The notes beneath the pieces were generated by a model. The model saw only the letters and a list, made by a program, of their open reading frames with translations, was not told where the DNA came from and searched no databases. Position numbers and translations under genes: made by a program. DNA of 64,000 nt, counting the filler, from Lenisia limosa (lineage: Eukaryota; Protista; Breviatea), in the NCBI GenBank assembly GCA_001655205.1. It is 11 parts of 11 records of this genome, joined end to end, with 100 filler letters (N's around TTAATTAATTAA, not from the genome) between each part and the next. Parts side by side here need not be neighbours in the genome. Positions count along the whole stretch, not along the records: positions 34,431 to 35,981 come from LPNZ01009061.1; positions 36,082 to 44,248 come from LPNZ01003797.1; positions 44,349 to 45,846 come from LPNZ01002453.1; positions 45,947 to 55,175 come from LPNZ01004907.1; 7 more parts are not named here. One strand, 5' to 3'. Below are positions 35,684-51,187 of the stretch, piece after piece (within the stretch, counting starts at the first letter, position 1; each line of letters begins with the position of its first letter).

Positions 35684-37726
35684 CGGAAGTACCGGGTGTC
35701 AACGTCATTCTCCCAGGTATGATTTAATGTGCCCATGGAGGTGAAGTAATATGTAGATGGGGGTCCAAGCAAATAGTCTGAACCACCAAAAACCGTGTTT
35801 AAGTATCTTTATTTTATCTTTAGACAATTATACATTTATTGCAATATCATATTGATGATTTTTATCAGTAGCGGTATCATCGTATATCTCCTGTTTTAAT
35901 TAGTCCAAGGGGCTTTTGCGTATTTGGAGGTTCAGCCGCAGCACTCTTCGGACGTTTTCATAGATCTAAGCAACATTGTTGNNNNNNNNNNNNNNNNNNN
36001 NNNNNNNNNNNNNNNNNNNNNNNNNTTAATTAATTAANNNNNNNNNNNNNNNNNNNNNNNNNNNNNNNNNNNNNNNNNNNNCACCAACCTGTCCCTCTTC
36101 GATACCAACCCCATTGCCAAGGACAGCACCCCTGACATCACCCTGGCGGTCCCTGCTGGTGTGGGTCTTCCTCTCGGTTCGGCTCTGAGCTCCGGTGCGG
36201 GGGTCTTTTTTGACGTTAGGTTTTTGAATTGAATCATGAGATTAGAATCAGTGCCAGCTTGAAACGTGCATATTTGACCTTACAGGCCTTGCTTCTGTCA
36301 ATGTTGCCAACCTCTTCGATGACGCTACCAAGGCACCCATCCTCGTCACTTCCTTCGTTCTTACTCCCGTCAAGGTAACCACATCACCCCTCACCCCCTC
36401 CTTTTTCTTTTGTTATTTCCATCACATAGTATATGTCTTCAATTTTGAGTAGAGTAAATTTCTATTTTTTTTGTTTTGCTTCGTTACTTCTTTTTCGTGA
36501 CCCATTTAGGATGGAAACGCACTCGCTAACGTCACCCTTGCCAAGCCCATCACTTTCACTACCGCTAAGGTGGGAGGTGATAATCGGTGTAATACAGTCC
36601 TTTGTTTTTTCGTTACCTCACACACTCACAACTTTCCTCTAAACCAAACGGTAGCCCTGATATTATTTTTCTCACCCCCCCCCCCAGGTTCATGNNNNNN
36701 NNNNNNNNNNNNNNNNNNNNNNNNNNNNNNNNNNNNNNNNNNNNNNNNNNNNNNNNNNNNNNNNNNNNNNNNNNNNNNNNNNNNNNNNCCTAGAAGGCAG
36801 CGGCCAATGGACCAATGCCGCCGACTCTTGCGGTGACGCCAACATTGTCGTTGACGGCGAGGACGTTTCCATTGACGTCTGTCATCTCACGCACTTCGCG
36901 CTGGTCACTGTCAAAAAGGCTGCTGACGAGCCTACTCACACCGAGGACAGCACCGAGGACAGCCACCACGCTCTTGTCGATGGTGACGACGACGAAAGCA
37001 ACTTCTGGTGGTGGCTCCTTGCCTGCGTGCTCGGCCTTGGCCTTGTCGCTGTCGTGGCTGTCGTGGTTGTGGGCGGTGGCAAGGACAAGGACGTCAAGAT
37101 GCGCACTAAGACTCTGACCGAGCCCGAGGGTGTTGAGCTTCTAGAGACCACTAACATCACTGCTGCTGACAACACCACTCTTGCCGGCACCACCACCACC
37201 ATCGAGATTGGTGATGACGACGATGACCTTCCCAGGCCGGTTGCTGCCCCCACCGCTGGTATGAGGCTTGGTCAAACGACCCCCCTCCCCCACGCTTTGG
37301 AATCTCATAATGACACTATTTTTTTTAATAATGTTTCTAGCAACTGTTGAAATGATTTATCACAATTGGCAAGCTTCAGTCTTTATTTGTGCCCTATTTG
37401 CCTTTTAACCGTTTCAGTCCGCACTGGTGGCCCGACCTTGACCGTGTCAACCCCCGACCTTCTCGAGGACGCTGAGAAGAAGAAGGAAGAGACCCCCGCT
37501 TCTACTGAAGAGGTTAAGGAGACCCCCGCTTCTCCCGAAGAGGTTAAGGTATGCACTGAATCGATTAAGTATTATACCTTAACATACTGCCATACTGCGT
37601 GTGTGAACATTTCCAGCCATTTTCACCCTTCAGACCAAGAAGACCGAGGCGGACACCCTGATTTCTCCTGTAGCTGACGAGGCCCAGCCCCTGGTCACCA
37701 CCGTTGTGGATGATGCCAAGATCTAA
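35684..37726 (+). CDS. Single-pass type I membrane protein with a GPS (GAIN-type autoproteolysis) motif; 5' end uncertain (possible exon at 34564)
   Basis: Exon 36792-37257 reads ...GQWTNAADSCGDANIVVDGEDVSIDVCHLTHFALV (HL|T GPS motif, 36880-36903), then an acidic stalk, then TM FWWWLLACVLGLGLVAVVAVVVVGGG, then a Thr/Glu-rich tail with repeated ETPASxEEVK. It ends ...VVDDAKI* at 37726. Confidence 0.8.
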
Positions 37727-38491
37727 GATCTAGTGGAATTATTAGTATTTTTGATAATATGACTCAATGTATAATAAACTGACTACAATTCGGTTCGTGT
37801 TTCTCAAAAACAAGTTCTGCCCTTCCGCTCAGTGCTTTTCCCATTTACCTTTTTTGCAACACCAACAGGTTAACACATGATTTAATTCCCACTGAAGAGA
37901 AAATGAAAAATCAAGTCATTCATGCATGCATCCGCGCATCCCTAGATTCAAAGGTTTTTTCCGAGAATATACCCGCCGGCGTCCAGGGAAGACCTTTCTC
38001 CGTTGTTGTTGGCATTGTTGGTCTTGTATTCTTGATGATTGTTAATATATAATACTCTAATAATAATAATAATAATATCTATAATATTATAGAGCAGCGT
38101 CATCAAAAGATGGTTTTAGGAAGGGGAAAATGCTATCTTCTGTTAATAAAGGGCTAAACACTGCCCTTCTCAAGCTTCTTATTATAAAAGAAAAATAAAT
38201 CAGCAAGACATTCCCCTGGTAAGCATGGAAGAGGACTTCACAAAGATATTGTGTGGGATAGAGGTTACTATGGCTCTTCTTGGCGACAAACGCCTATAAA
38301 TCAAATACTATGATGTGACTATGCTGATTAAGGAATCCATCTAAGGGCAAATTTCTAGTCCTTTTGATATTGTCTCGGACAAATTATACCCAGGTAGCGG
38401 ACGTTCTTATTGGGCTGTCAAAGCCTATTATTATGTACCTCTACCTCTACATGATAACTATCTAGGATAAGTTGATCATTTCTTTCTAGCC

Positions 38492-41400
38492 ATGACGATG
38501 CTTTACAATGCCAATGTTCTTCTGTGGCTTCTCGCAGCAATCTTCTTCAGAGTAAGCTTTGTGGGGAGGAGTAATTATTTTTTTTCATCATTTTTGCTGC
38601 ATGTACCTTTTTTCTTTGTTGCCGTCATATTAAGCGTCGGATTTTTGCCCAACTATTGACCAGCAAATCCTGACCGAAAAATCCATCAATATTAATCTGT
38701 TCTTTCACTCGTCCTTGATCCGCCCGCAGATTGTGAGGACGGAAGCGCCCATTCTTTGGGCCCACGATTCGGAGGTGGTTAGCTCAGGACACTGCGACTT
38801 CAAGACCTTTGTCGATCTTGATGGCGAGTTTAAGTTCCAGCACCACAGTGGGCAGGGGGTTATTGGTATATTGAAGGGGGTTTGGTGTGTAAGCTATTAT
38901 GGGGTCAGATTCAGCCATACGTAACGTAACTCTCTTAAAAAACACAAACAGAATCCATAATGTTAACTTGCTACGTAAGAGTCTCACAAGCTTTTAATTT
39001 CATTAGAGTTGAACTGCACGTATTTTCCCAACTCCATTGACTCTGGTGCATTGTAAGGGGGTTTGTAAATGTAGAGAGGGGGGCTTTATCTGACAGCAGG
39101 GAGGGAGGCAATAATTGTGTCAACTGTGTTGTCTTTATAGCAATTCATATTGTCGAGACCTACAACAACATTGTCAGACATAACCTATGATATTGCAGCT
39201 TCAAAAGAATCCAAGCAATTCTTGCTCCTATCACCCCTTTTAGTATCTATATTAAGATTGCGGGTATGTCAAGTGATCCTGAAGATACAATTTTCGAAGG
39301 AAGAAGTCATGCCGGTTGGGTGGGACTTGAATATACGGCAAAAAAAAAACAAAAGGGGGTGGGGGCCGAGCTTTTTCAATTCTTGATATGGCCGAACATT
39401 ATATTTTAGGAGGACTGATTTTGTGAGTTAACACATTTAGTGTTATTAAAAATGTTCTCTCATGTGAATAGTTCTATTTCCCCTTTTTTTGATTATTAGT
39501 GTTTATTAATCAAAGTATGTCTTACTTCCTCGAAACTAAGTGTTTAGACGGAGCAGTCATTTTAAGGCTCACCAACCGAGGGTTGACAGTTGGAAGAAGC
39601 AACCCTCAACGGATTCTGAGTGGAGAGGTGGGCCGTACTCTGGTTCACAAAAGTGTGATAAATATTTCGAATAATGATTGTTCACTACTTGTGTTTTTGG
39701 AATAAAACAACCCTTGTACTTTGTCACTTTTTTGAATCATTATATTATTGTGGTATCATGTCACTGTGTGAACGATGCATATTCTTATTTATATGATATA
39801 AGCCTTTTGGTTGTTCGTTACTTTCTCAGAAAGTTGGAGTCTTCAATATTAGAAGATCAAACGTACTTAAGTAGGGTGGGGGGTTGGTGGGAAATTGTTG
39901 TTCAGGTTTTGTGTTTTGCCTGTTTGTAATAATGCAGCGCATACTTCTTCAACGGTGCCACTTGTAACGAAACAAATCCTCTTGAGCCAATGGAAATACA
40001 ATTCTGTATGTTGGATTCTGTTGGTGATTCTTCCCGGAGTATGTTTTTTTTCTCTATTGTAAAGCATCTTTTTTCACTTTTATCTTCTCAAATAACAGTA
40101 TATCTGTCGGAGAAACATTTTATTTCTTCAAAGGTCCTATGCCCCCATTATTAATTTAGATCCGAATGTGGCTATAGAGATGTTTATGATCTCAAAGCAC
40201 TCAGACGTCCTCTGCGATTATAGTAGGGAATTTTTTTCTTTAACGGCTGAAAGTAATATAACTTTATCACTGTTAGTTTCTTGAATTTCGTTATCTAGCG
40301 TCATGAATTTCTCATAATCACCTCGCACAAAGTACGGAAATATAAAACAAATTATTACAACATAGCATCTTTATATCAAATGACTTACTTTTCTGGCGAT
40401 TAGCTATTCTGCGAGATAAGTCCTCATGATAATATTTGAATTCTCTTTCACACAAACCCAGTCTGATCCTCCCCCCTACAGCATATTTAATATTTCAGCA
40501 ACCGACACTGATTTCCCGTTTACTACGCTGCGCTTTCATATTCCTTCCGAGGTATGACCATAGATACCGTGCTTTCTTCGTTTTACTTTCTTCGTTTTGC
40601 TTTCTTCTTGTTTTTTTTAAAAATCATTGTTATTTTTTGCATCAATTTTCCGGAGAAGAAAGTATTAAATATAGCGTAAGCTGTCTGCTTTAGAAGTGGC
40701 TTTTAAGATGCATTTTCCAATTAAACATCAATTGACTTCCTAGACGGTGTCTTCATGCGGACCAGGTAAGCAGATCATTCAGTTATTTCATCTTTTTTTT
40801 ATCCTTATTATTCTTTTTGTTCTAATCTCTCTACAATAACCTTGTACTTTTCCAGCTCTATGGGGTCATCACAATTATGGTAAAGCCACAAACACTGAAT
40901 CCAGGATTTCCAACTTATTTTCAGGGATGTACAAGTCTAAGTCATTCCCTCATACGGTAAGGACAATGGACTACTATAAGACCATGTATACCGAAAGCCA
41001 GACCATTACTTTGAAGCCTTGTCTTTGTTGGGGGGATGAGGGAGGGGATTCAAACTATCAACAACTCAGGTATTTTTTTTTTGGTGTTTGCGTCTTATTG
41101 TGAATTCATCCTCAATTATTCCATTTATTTGGTATTTGGTAATTGTCTGTATTTGAGCATTGTCATCATTTTCAGCTTGTCTATTTTTTCATTTGATTGG
41201 ATAAACAACATATGATGGTTGCAAAGGTTATTTCTTCTACATATTAATAACCTCTATAGCCTGCCCTGCTGACAAGTACTGTGTTGGTGGCGAGGCCTTT
41301 GATTGTGACGGTGTTTCATTAGGGACTACCTGCACTTCGGTGAGTTCGATGAACTGTTAAAGTTCATAACGTGTGATAATTCAAGTGATCCAACAACCTT

Positions 41401-44400
41401 AATTCATTCGAAATCAAACCCTCATCTCTTTTTTTCTGACTTCTCACAATACAGTGTTCAACTTATGTGCAAGACCACGCTTTTTGGTAGGGTTATGATA
41501 GCGTTGTTATTTCTTCAGATATCCTGTATTTTTTCTGTGTTTTTTCTTTCACTCTATAGTTTATGCGAAGGTGGAAAGTTCTTGAATTCAACAGGAGACT
41601 GTGAAAGTATGATAGATTTACCCTTTATCGGCACCCATTTCCATTTAATGGTATTCAAAGATATTTCAATCAAACTCTTGTGCGTTCATTTACCCTTTGT
41701 GTAGGGAGAATGACGCAGGTTTTTTTTTACTTACACTAAGCAGATACTACCCACTGTTTTCCATTTGACACATATTAATGCCTTAGCTTGTCCGCCCGGA
41801 AGTCATCGTCCCACCAGTATGCACGTTGCAAACAGTAAAGGGGGTTTGAAGACGTTTTCTTGCTTTGACTGCGAAGGCTTTGTGCACCGATTTGTCGGCC
41901 AATTTTTAACAGTTCAACCCGTGCACTCTTGGAAAAATATCATGTAATAAAAGTAATAATGTCATTATAGAAATAGAAGACTGCAGGGTAATGGTTTTTT
42001 ATCATCATGCTGCTAATGTAACTAATGTAGGCCCCCCTGCCGGAAGGAGAGAAGCACGGAGTATAGGTGAGGAGTGGGTGGAGGAAGAAGTAGTAATAGA
42101 AATAATACAATTAGGTGTAACCGCAAGGGCAAAATGCCAATATGCACGTATTATCTGCAAACAAAAAAAAAACAATTGCATCCAAGGAAATTTGATTTTT
42201 TTTCACAATTGTATCTTCACCATTTCCCCATCTCTTTTAACCTTTATTTAGAGCGCAGAGACACAGGGGACGTGTACTCGCAGTGTCTTGAAGAGGATGT
42301 AGGAAGTGGATTTGTTGTTATTCAGGACCAGTAAGGGGGAGAAGGGGTGAAGGGTTGTTAAATTCTGGTAAATGTCTTTATTTTTCTAAAACCCTGGTAA
42401 TATATTTTTCAAGAAAACTTATTGACATTTTTTCCAGGAGGGAGGTTCTCGTATTAACAATTGAAACAATTGTTCAGTAATATTTACTGATATTAGTGAT
42501 GTGGCACATTTTAGTACCCAATCAACAGTTGCGGTTTGACGTTTTAGCCGGTTCCCGTCAGCTTTGTCAGAGGAGATATCAAGTGCTTCCAGTGCCCCGG
42601 GAACAGTATTCCAGCGCCCGACCAGGTCTGTTCCATAGAGGATAATATCGTTGCTTTCAAAAGGTAGATAAAAAGACAGCAGTTTTTAATATCAGGGATA
42701 TATCGATATCATAAGATTTGTACATATTTTAGAATGTCTTAACATATATTGCTATTATTCAATAGTTTTTCCTATTTATAATTTACCGTTTTCTTCTTAT
42801 GTCAAAGAATATTTTTTGGGTTGGTTAAATGCATCGTCTCATCTTACTGTGTTAATTTTTACTCAGAAATAAAATCTGACAGTCAAATTTATTTTGTTCT
42901 TACTTGTAACTCAGCCTTTCACCCTACAGGCCAGTTGTATTCAATGCAGTAATGTAACTCAGCCATCCGACGACAAAACTCAGTGGTATGAACGTGAATA
43001 ATGTTTTTGAAGTGGTTGATTGTTTATGATTTTCAATTAACTGTAAACTAGCTGCATGTATTCTCCCTACAAGTTTTGGTTATACTAAGTGGAGTTTTTA
43101 GTTATCTGGCTTTTCAGAGTTAGATACTCCCAGATCTGATCTGTGTCTTCCATTTTGTGATGTTTTAAACTGCATATTATCCTGACCTAACAGTGTGAGT
43201 AAATGATCTGCTGTATCACGCCATTTCAGTGTTTGTCTGGACGGGCGTGGAGGACCTCAATGTTTGCAGTGCACCGGAGCACAGATTTCTGTCAATTACG
43301 AGTGTGTTGATTGCCCGATGCAACGCTATCCTAATGATGAACATACAAACTGCTTCCTGGTGGGATGGGTGGAAGGAGAGAGGCATGTTAGGGCTTCCCT
43401 CGGTTCTCGATAAATCCCCAATAAATATCGATATTTTACCAGTCTTTTTCGGACTGAAGGGAAGCCCTAGGCATAGTATTAAAAATAGTACTCATTACCA
43501 TTCTCCTCTCACATGTAAAGAATTGATCATTCATTAGAGGAGTGCCTACCATATTTAATGATTTAGTGTGAGAATACTGCTTCTGTGATCGTAGGAAAAT
43601 GGTGGGTATGGATGCTTTTTTTATTATGAAAAAGGAGCTTTTTGAAACTGTTCTTTTATTTCATTCAAAACGATAAAAGCTATCAACCATCCTCCAGCAT
43701 ATGCAATGAGCACTACGGACGAGTTGCTGCAAACAGCGAATGCGATGTTTGTCCAGAGGGCCACTACGCCAACGATGGTCTCTGTTTACATTGTACCACC
43801 GGTGTCGCTGACGGAAAGTTGCCGTCGTCTTCTTGCAGCAATGTAAGGGGAGGTCTTGGTCTTGGCTCTCTTGGGTTTATTACGGTGCTGCAGAAGCGAC
43901 CGGCCTTAGCCTTTTTTTTTTGGTGTTTTCAACCCTGATATGCTTGTTAATGGTTAGCCAATAGACTTGATTTTGAATTTCCTAGTCACTAACTCTGATG
44001 AACAAATTTGATACAATGCTCGTCTGATCCCCTCCCCCCCCTAGTGTACCGAACCGAACGAAGAGGAAAATTTACAGAAATCTGAGTGTATCTGTTCAGC
44101 TGGTGGGTGATTTTGGTCATTTTAGGATAGTTTGTATTGTCTCATGCTAATGAAAAGTTGCATAGTGTTTTCTGATGGAACATGGTTTATGATTTCTGTT
44201 GCTTATATAACCCCCCCCCCCATGCATATAACCCCCCCAGGTTATGAGNNNNNNNNNNNNNNNNNNNNNNNNNNNNNNNNNNNNNNNNNNNNTTAATTAA
44301 TTAANNNNNNNNNNNNNNNNNNNNNNNNNNNNNNNNNNNNNNNNNNNNGAGGAAAACCGTCCATACTTACACTACCCCGTTCCGACCCACCTGTCAACAA

Positions 44401-47400
44401 CCAAGCTGCTAGATAAGCTCCTTGAGGCTGATGCGAAAGGCAATGCAATTTTGCATGTTGATGTTCTTTTAAAGGTGAGTTGGTTATTGTTGTTCATTTT
44501 ACAATTGCTGTTTGGTTCTTTTGAAGGTTGGGGTGAATGAAGTTTGTCGTAGCACTTTTTTTATCATGTTAACATGATGGGGGTGTACGTCCTTGTCGAT
44601 TTCCTCTTTATTTCTTAGACCAACGAGGGTTTCAGTGCAGCTAATGAGGCTATATGGATGCTTGTCGTGTTAGGTAGGACGTTAAACAGATTGAATGAGC
44701 ACTACTTTATTAGACTTATTCATCTTTATACCTATTAATTCAGTCTTATTTAGAATTGATATCTCATTCAAACAGAAATTTGATGTTTTTAACCAAAATA
44801 ATGAAGCAACAGCATTCCTCCAATTTTAACCCCCCCCCCCCTCGACTTTTTTGNNNNNNNNNNNNNNNNNNNNNNNNNNNNNNNNNNNNNNNNNNNNNNN
44901 NNNNNNNNNNNNNNNNNNNGTTTTTGAAATTCAGTCTTTATTGAAGCAAATTCCATTTGATTGTTTTTTTTTCAGCAAACTAGATTCATAAAGATTCAGC
45001 GGCACTTTTCGACAAAAAAAACCCAAAACAAACGATGTTACTGGTTAATTTTTAGGAATCCTTGCAATTAATTGAAAAATACTTTCAAAATTGGAAGTGG
45101 AACATAATGTAACCATAACACCATTTATTTTTTAATTTCCTCAGAATATTAATTACACGACTATTAATTTTACTTCCCAGGCGGAGTGCTGTCGTCCACA
45201 GCCGATACAAGACCGCTGACACTGTCCAAAACAATGACTGTCTGCTTCGAGCTTCCCCACCTTTGCCCCGTCCAGACCTATTCTGCAATTGCCTTACTTG
45301 AGAGAGTTCAGCTTATCGAACATCTTGACCCTCGTGCTGCCGCCGAAGGTATGGTTGATTAAGCATTTGAACATGATTGGGGCTTCACTTTAGTTTGAAA
45401 ATAGACTGAATTTCGATAAATCTTCGAAAATTATCGATATTTTACTGGTATTTTTCAACCGAAGTGAAACCCTATACATGAGTTAGTGATGGACCGGATT
45501 TTCTGTTGATTATAGAGATTCAGATGGGTGGGGAGTTGGAGGTTGTTGGGGAGTGCAATCAGATTATTGCACACACACACACACACAAAAAAGGAGGTCG
45601 CTCCTGGTGGAAAGGAGGGGTATTTGCCGACAGAGTTGATTTGGGTTTTTTTTTGTTTCATAAATTTTTCAATCCCCCCCCCTTATCTATTTCTTTATCA
45701 CCATCGTCACATCTACCCCTATTCAGTATTACCCCCTCCTCACACTACTTTATAAAATACTCCTCCTTTTTTGTTTGATAAATTTTGTATTTTTCAATTT
45801 CGTTGGAGTTGGGATGCGTGGCTGGCCTGGGCTTTGTTTGTTTTGTNNNNNNNNNNNNNNNNNNNNNNNNNNNNNNNNNNNNNNNNNNNNTTAATTAATT
45901 AANNNNNNNNNNNNNNNNNNNNNNNNNNNNNNNNNNNNNNNNNNNNAATATTAGTCAATTTTTGATAAGAATGTGGATATATCTCAAGCCTATCAAAATA
46001 TTTTTTTGACGAAAACTGCATGAATCCATAGGTTTTAGAGGTCTGCGGTTTCAGAAAAAGGCTTTATTCGAAACTAAACTGAGTGGAACGGGCATAAACA
46101 CAAAAAAATCATTTTTTTTAAAGATTAGTCAAGGAATATTTTGACTTTAAGTTCAAATTTTTTCAAAAAAAAAAAAAATTTGTCTTGCAAGATCCTTCTG
46201 TGGTTTCCACCACTTTTGAGAGAATTCAACTTCAAGATNNNNNNNNNNNNNNNNNNNNNNNNNNNNNNNNNNNNNNNNNNNNNNNNNNNNNNNNNNNNNN
46301 NNNNNNNNNNNNNNNNNNNNNNNNNNNNNTATATAATAAAAAAAGAATAATAATAATATAAAACAATAATATAAAAAATAACAGTAATAATAATAATAAC
46401 GTTCCTCCCTTCACCAGCAGGAAAAGGCGAGTATGACGACACCGCGCCTTGTGAGAGGACAACATGCCTTACTACATAGCGCCATGCTACGACGGCTTGG
46501 TTTAACTGGCGAGTGAGTAATTTTAAAATAGCCAAAAATCAACTCAACTTAGAATTGAGAGAAAAGATAGATACCTTTCAAAAGCAATATTCACCCATTA
46601 ACAGCCCCGCTTAAACGACGAAGCATGTCCATCAACATGGATAAGACCCTCAGCTCCGGATTCGGCACAAAACGCCTAGCTTTCCACATTTTTGTAGATT
46701 CCTTTAGTCTCTTTCAGACAGTTCATTTCGGTTCGAAAGAGACCGTTAAAATATTGATGTTTTCGAGGATATATCGAGAAATTCTGTTTTTTTTTGAGCC
46801 CAAGTTCTTAGACCCCCCCACCCTCTTCAAAAGCATGAGCTGCAAGTCGGACGCCATCGGGGCCATGGTCAACAGACGCGTGGATAGCGCTGAGATGACT
46901 GAGCCGCGGAATTCCCTTCGGAGGGACACGAGGGACTGGAGAGTGTGGCTTGCAGCTTCTCGGATTTCTGCAGGGTAAGACAGGTTTTTCTCATTTTTTT
47001 TTTTAATATTATCTTAATTTCAATCTGTTCAAAAAAGATGTTCTGTAGATGATTGGGATACAANNNNNNNNNNAATATATATACTATATCAATATATATT
47101 TTTTAAAAATAAATTTTACTTATTTTAACTAAAACAATAAAAATCAATCCCGCCCTAATCTCTATGACGCTTCCCGCTTACAAAACTGGCCAACTTTCTG
47201 GTTCGATTCATTGAAGATCAGCATTGCTCCTAAAGCGGTTATTTGTGACCTTCCACTATGTTAGAATAGCCATAATATACTACTAGATAAGCTGAAGTTC
47301 TTCTCAAGACTTAAATTCAAATCAAAAACGGTTTGGTAAATATTGATATTCAAGACAATGATAATTTTTATTCCCTTTTTCTTTTCTACGTCTCCCGCAC

Positions 47401-47902
47401 ACCTAAGCTGAAACCACAGGTCAGAACGTTAGTGTCCAAAGTACAGGTCTTGATAAGCTGCATGTAGTCGGCACTGGTGACAGAGGCTTTGTACGATGCC
47501 GACGGGTCGAGATACGTTCCTGTTTTGGGTAAGCTTTTATGTTGACGCTTGACTTCGGTCCCTATTTCTATCATATCAAATGCATAAGAATTTCAGAGCA
47601 AATTGACGCGGGTTTAAAGGTACTCCAACACCAAGGTTGTCTTTCAGACTTCACCCAAGGGTTTCCCTGCGTTCCGAAAAGGTCCGGTGAAATATCTATT
47701 GTACAGAGGATCTATCGAGAAATTCAGTCTTTTTTGGAATCGTAGAGAAACCTCACTTCACTCCAACCGTCAAATGCTATTTCGGTCATGGTCGATGTTA
47801 CAACACTTAAAACTGGCCCAATTCTCCCTGGAGAAACCTGAGCTTGGAGAACTAAAACAGTCACAAGACATTTCACTTGACTCCCTGTCTATTCAGAAAT
47901 AA
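38492..47902 (+). CDS. Large secreted/membrane protein with central Cys-rich (furin-like/GCC2-GCC3-like) repeats; may be two genes
   Basis: Signal-like MTMLYNANVLLWLLAAIFFR. Cys-rich exons include CPADKYCVGGEAFDCDG, LCEGGKFLNSTGDCE, CPPGSHRPT, CFQCPGNSIPAP, CVDCPMQRYPNDEHTNC and CDVCPEGHYANDGLCLHC. Non-Cys exons continue to ...SLDSLSIQK* (47902). The model crosses two linker gaps. Confidence 0.6.
43389..43469. mobile_element. MITE family A copy, CTTCCCT-type at both ends
   Basis: TA-GGGCTTCCCTCGG...CTGAAGGGAAGCCC-TA. Confidence 0.85.
45378..45474. mobile_element. MITE family A copy
   Basis: GGGCTTCACTTTAGTTTGAAAATAGACTGAATTTCGATAAATC...TTTTTCAACCGAAGTGAAACCCTA. Confidence 0.85.
47657..47755. 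mobile_element. MITE family A copy, CTTCCCT-type, diverged
   Basis: AAGGGTTTCCCTGCGTTCCGAAAAGG...TCGAGAAATTCAGTCTTTTTTGGAATCGTAGAGAAACCT. Confidence 0.7.
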
Positions 47903-48007
47903 AATCTAGAACTGATGTAAAGAGGCTTTGGAAGAAATCCATTATAAAACCTTTCAATTACTACTCCAAAATTTCAAATATCAAGAGATGCAATTTAGCC
48001 TGATTAA

Positions 48008-48763
48008 TTAATGGTTCCAGCCCAAGAAATCATCACGCCTACCGGATACATCCCCCGTCAGGTTTGCGAGATGTTCAGTCACATAACTTCCTGCAAAGAG
48101 TAAATAACCGTCCGTATAAAGGAACCCGTTGGTTTTAAGCCCGTTTTGACAGTTATAAGGCATAAATAACAAACATTTTGCAGTAGACAGATTGTAATGA
48201 AATCTCCGCCCATTCTTTTACAACCATCCCATCCACGAACCGTCTGCCAAAGCAAAGTCACTGGCGAGAACGCTGCCTTGAATAACCACATTCTTGTCCT
48301 TGTCTAGTACCACGGAATTGACGAGGATTGGGCTGGAGGGAGGATTAAACAAAAATGAACAATCTCTCTTCAGGGATAATAAAGAAAGCTCTACTGGTCA
48401 AAAAAAAAAAAAAAAAAANNNNNNNNNNNNNNNNNNNNNNNNNNNNNNNNNNNNNNNNNNNNNNNNNNNNNNNNNNNNNNNNNNNNNNNNNNNNNNNNNN
48501 NNNNCACACAATACATGGAAGAAATTCTTTCCATTTATGAGTGGATTATGATATGGCTTCCCCATCCCAGTTGAGTGAGAGTAACAAGCATAAATAAATC
48601 ATCCGAATAGGAATTGTTGTTGATGCTCCTCGATGTTGATGTTGATTGAGTAAATACCAGAGTAACCTCCCCAACCCCCTTCCTTCTAACCCACAAACCA
48701 AAGGATAAAAGTTAAGAGGAGGGGAACTGAGAGAGTAAGGAGAGAGGTTTTTCCCTCTATCAT
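48008..48763 (-). CDS. Possible small secreted protein
   Basis: Minus-strand signal-like MIEGKTSLLTLSVPLLLTFIL followed by a GT donor. Downstream exons NVVIQGSVLASDFALADG and GSYVTEHLANLTGDVSGRRDDFLGWNH*. No recognisable homology. Confidence 0.35.
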
Positions 48764-49192
48764 GATGTTTTCTACGTCGACTTGGGTTGGGTTTTTTTCC
48801 CTTACCAAACGCTTAAACCTGGCTTAAACGCTTAAACCTTCGTTGCTATAAAAAACGCCACCACCCCGCATGCAAAATGAAAATTCGAGTATTCCGCAAA
48901 AGTCATCAGTCTGGTTCTGGTTATAAACCATTGACTTATATTATTTCTAATGTTCAAAAACAACTTGCTGCTTTCGAATTGCTGATTTGTGTTAGGACTA
49001 TGTTAGGAGCCGCCTTGGTTAGGAGGGATACATATACTCCATGCACTCATACAGCAGCACACAGTATACTGGACATATTCTCAAGTGAGAATATAATCAT
49101 CATATGAATGCCAGATAAGAGCGAGTTTCATGTAATAATGCCAGGCAATATTAAACGGAAGAAATGAATTGGTAAATCAAGCGATCTAAGAT

Positions 49193-51019
<1,827 letters not shown>

Positions 51020-51114
51020 TGCTGAAATCATTCAATGTTCATTTTCATTTTTTTTCTTTTCTTTTTTAAGCACACTGGTACAACAGGTATATTTTTCCAA
51101 AAAAATAAAAAATT

Positions 51115-51187
51115 CGCTCCTAACTGGGCTCGAACCAGTGACCTATCGGTTAACAGCCGAGCGCTCTACCATCTGAGCCATAAGAGC
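51115..51187 (-). tRNA. trnN-GTT: tRNA-Asn (anticodon GTT), intronless, 73 nt
   Basis: Minus strand GCTCTTATGGCTCAGATGGTAGAGCGCTCGGCTGTTAACCGATAGGTCACTGGTTCGAGCCCAGTTAGGAGCG: cloverleaf, A box, GGTTCGAGCCC B box, and a downstream oligo-T terminator. Confidence 0.96.
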
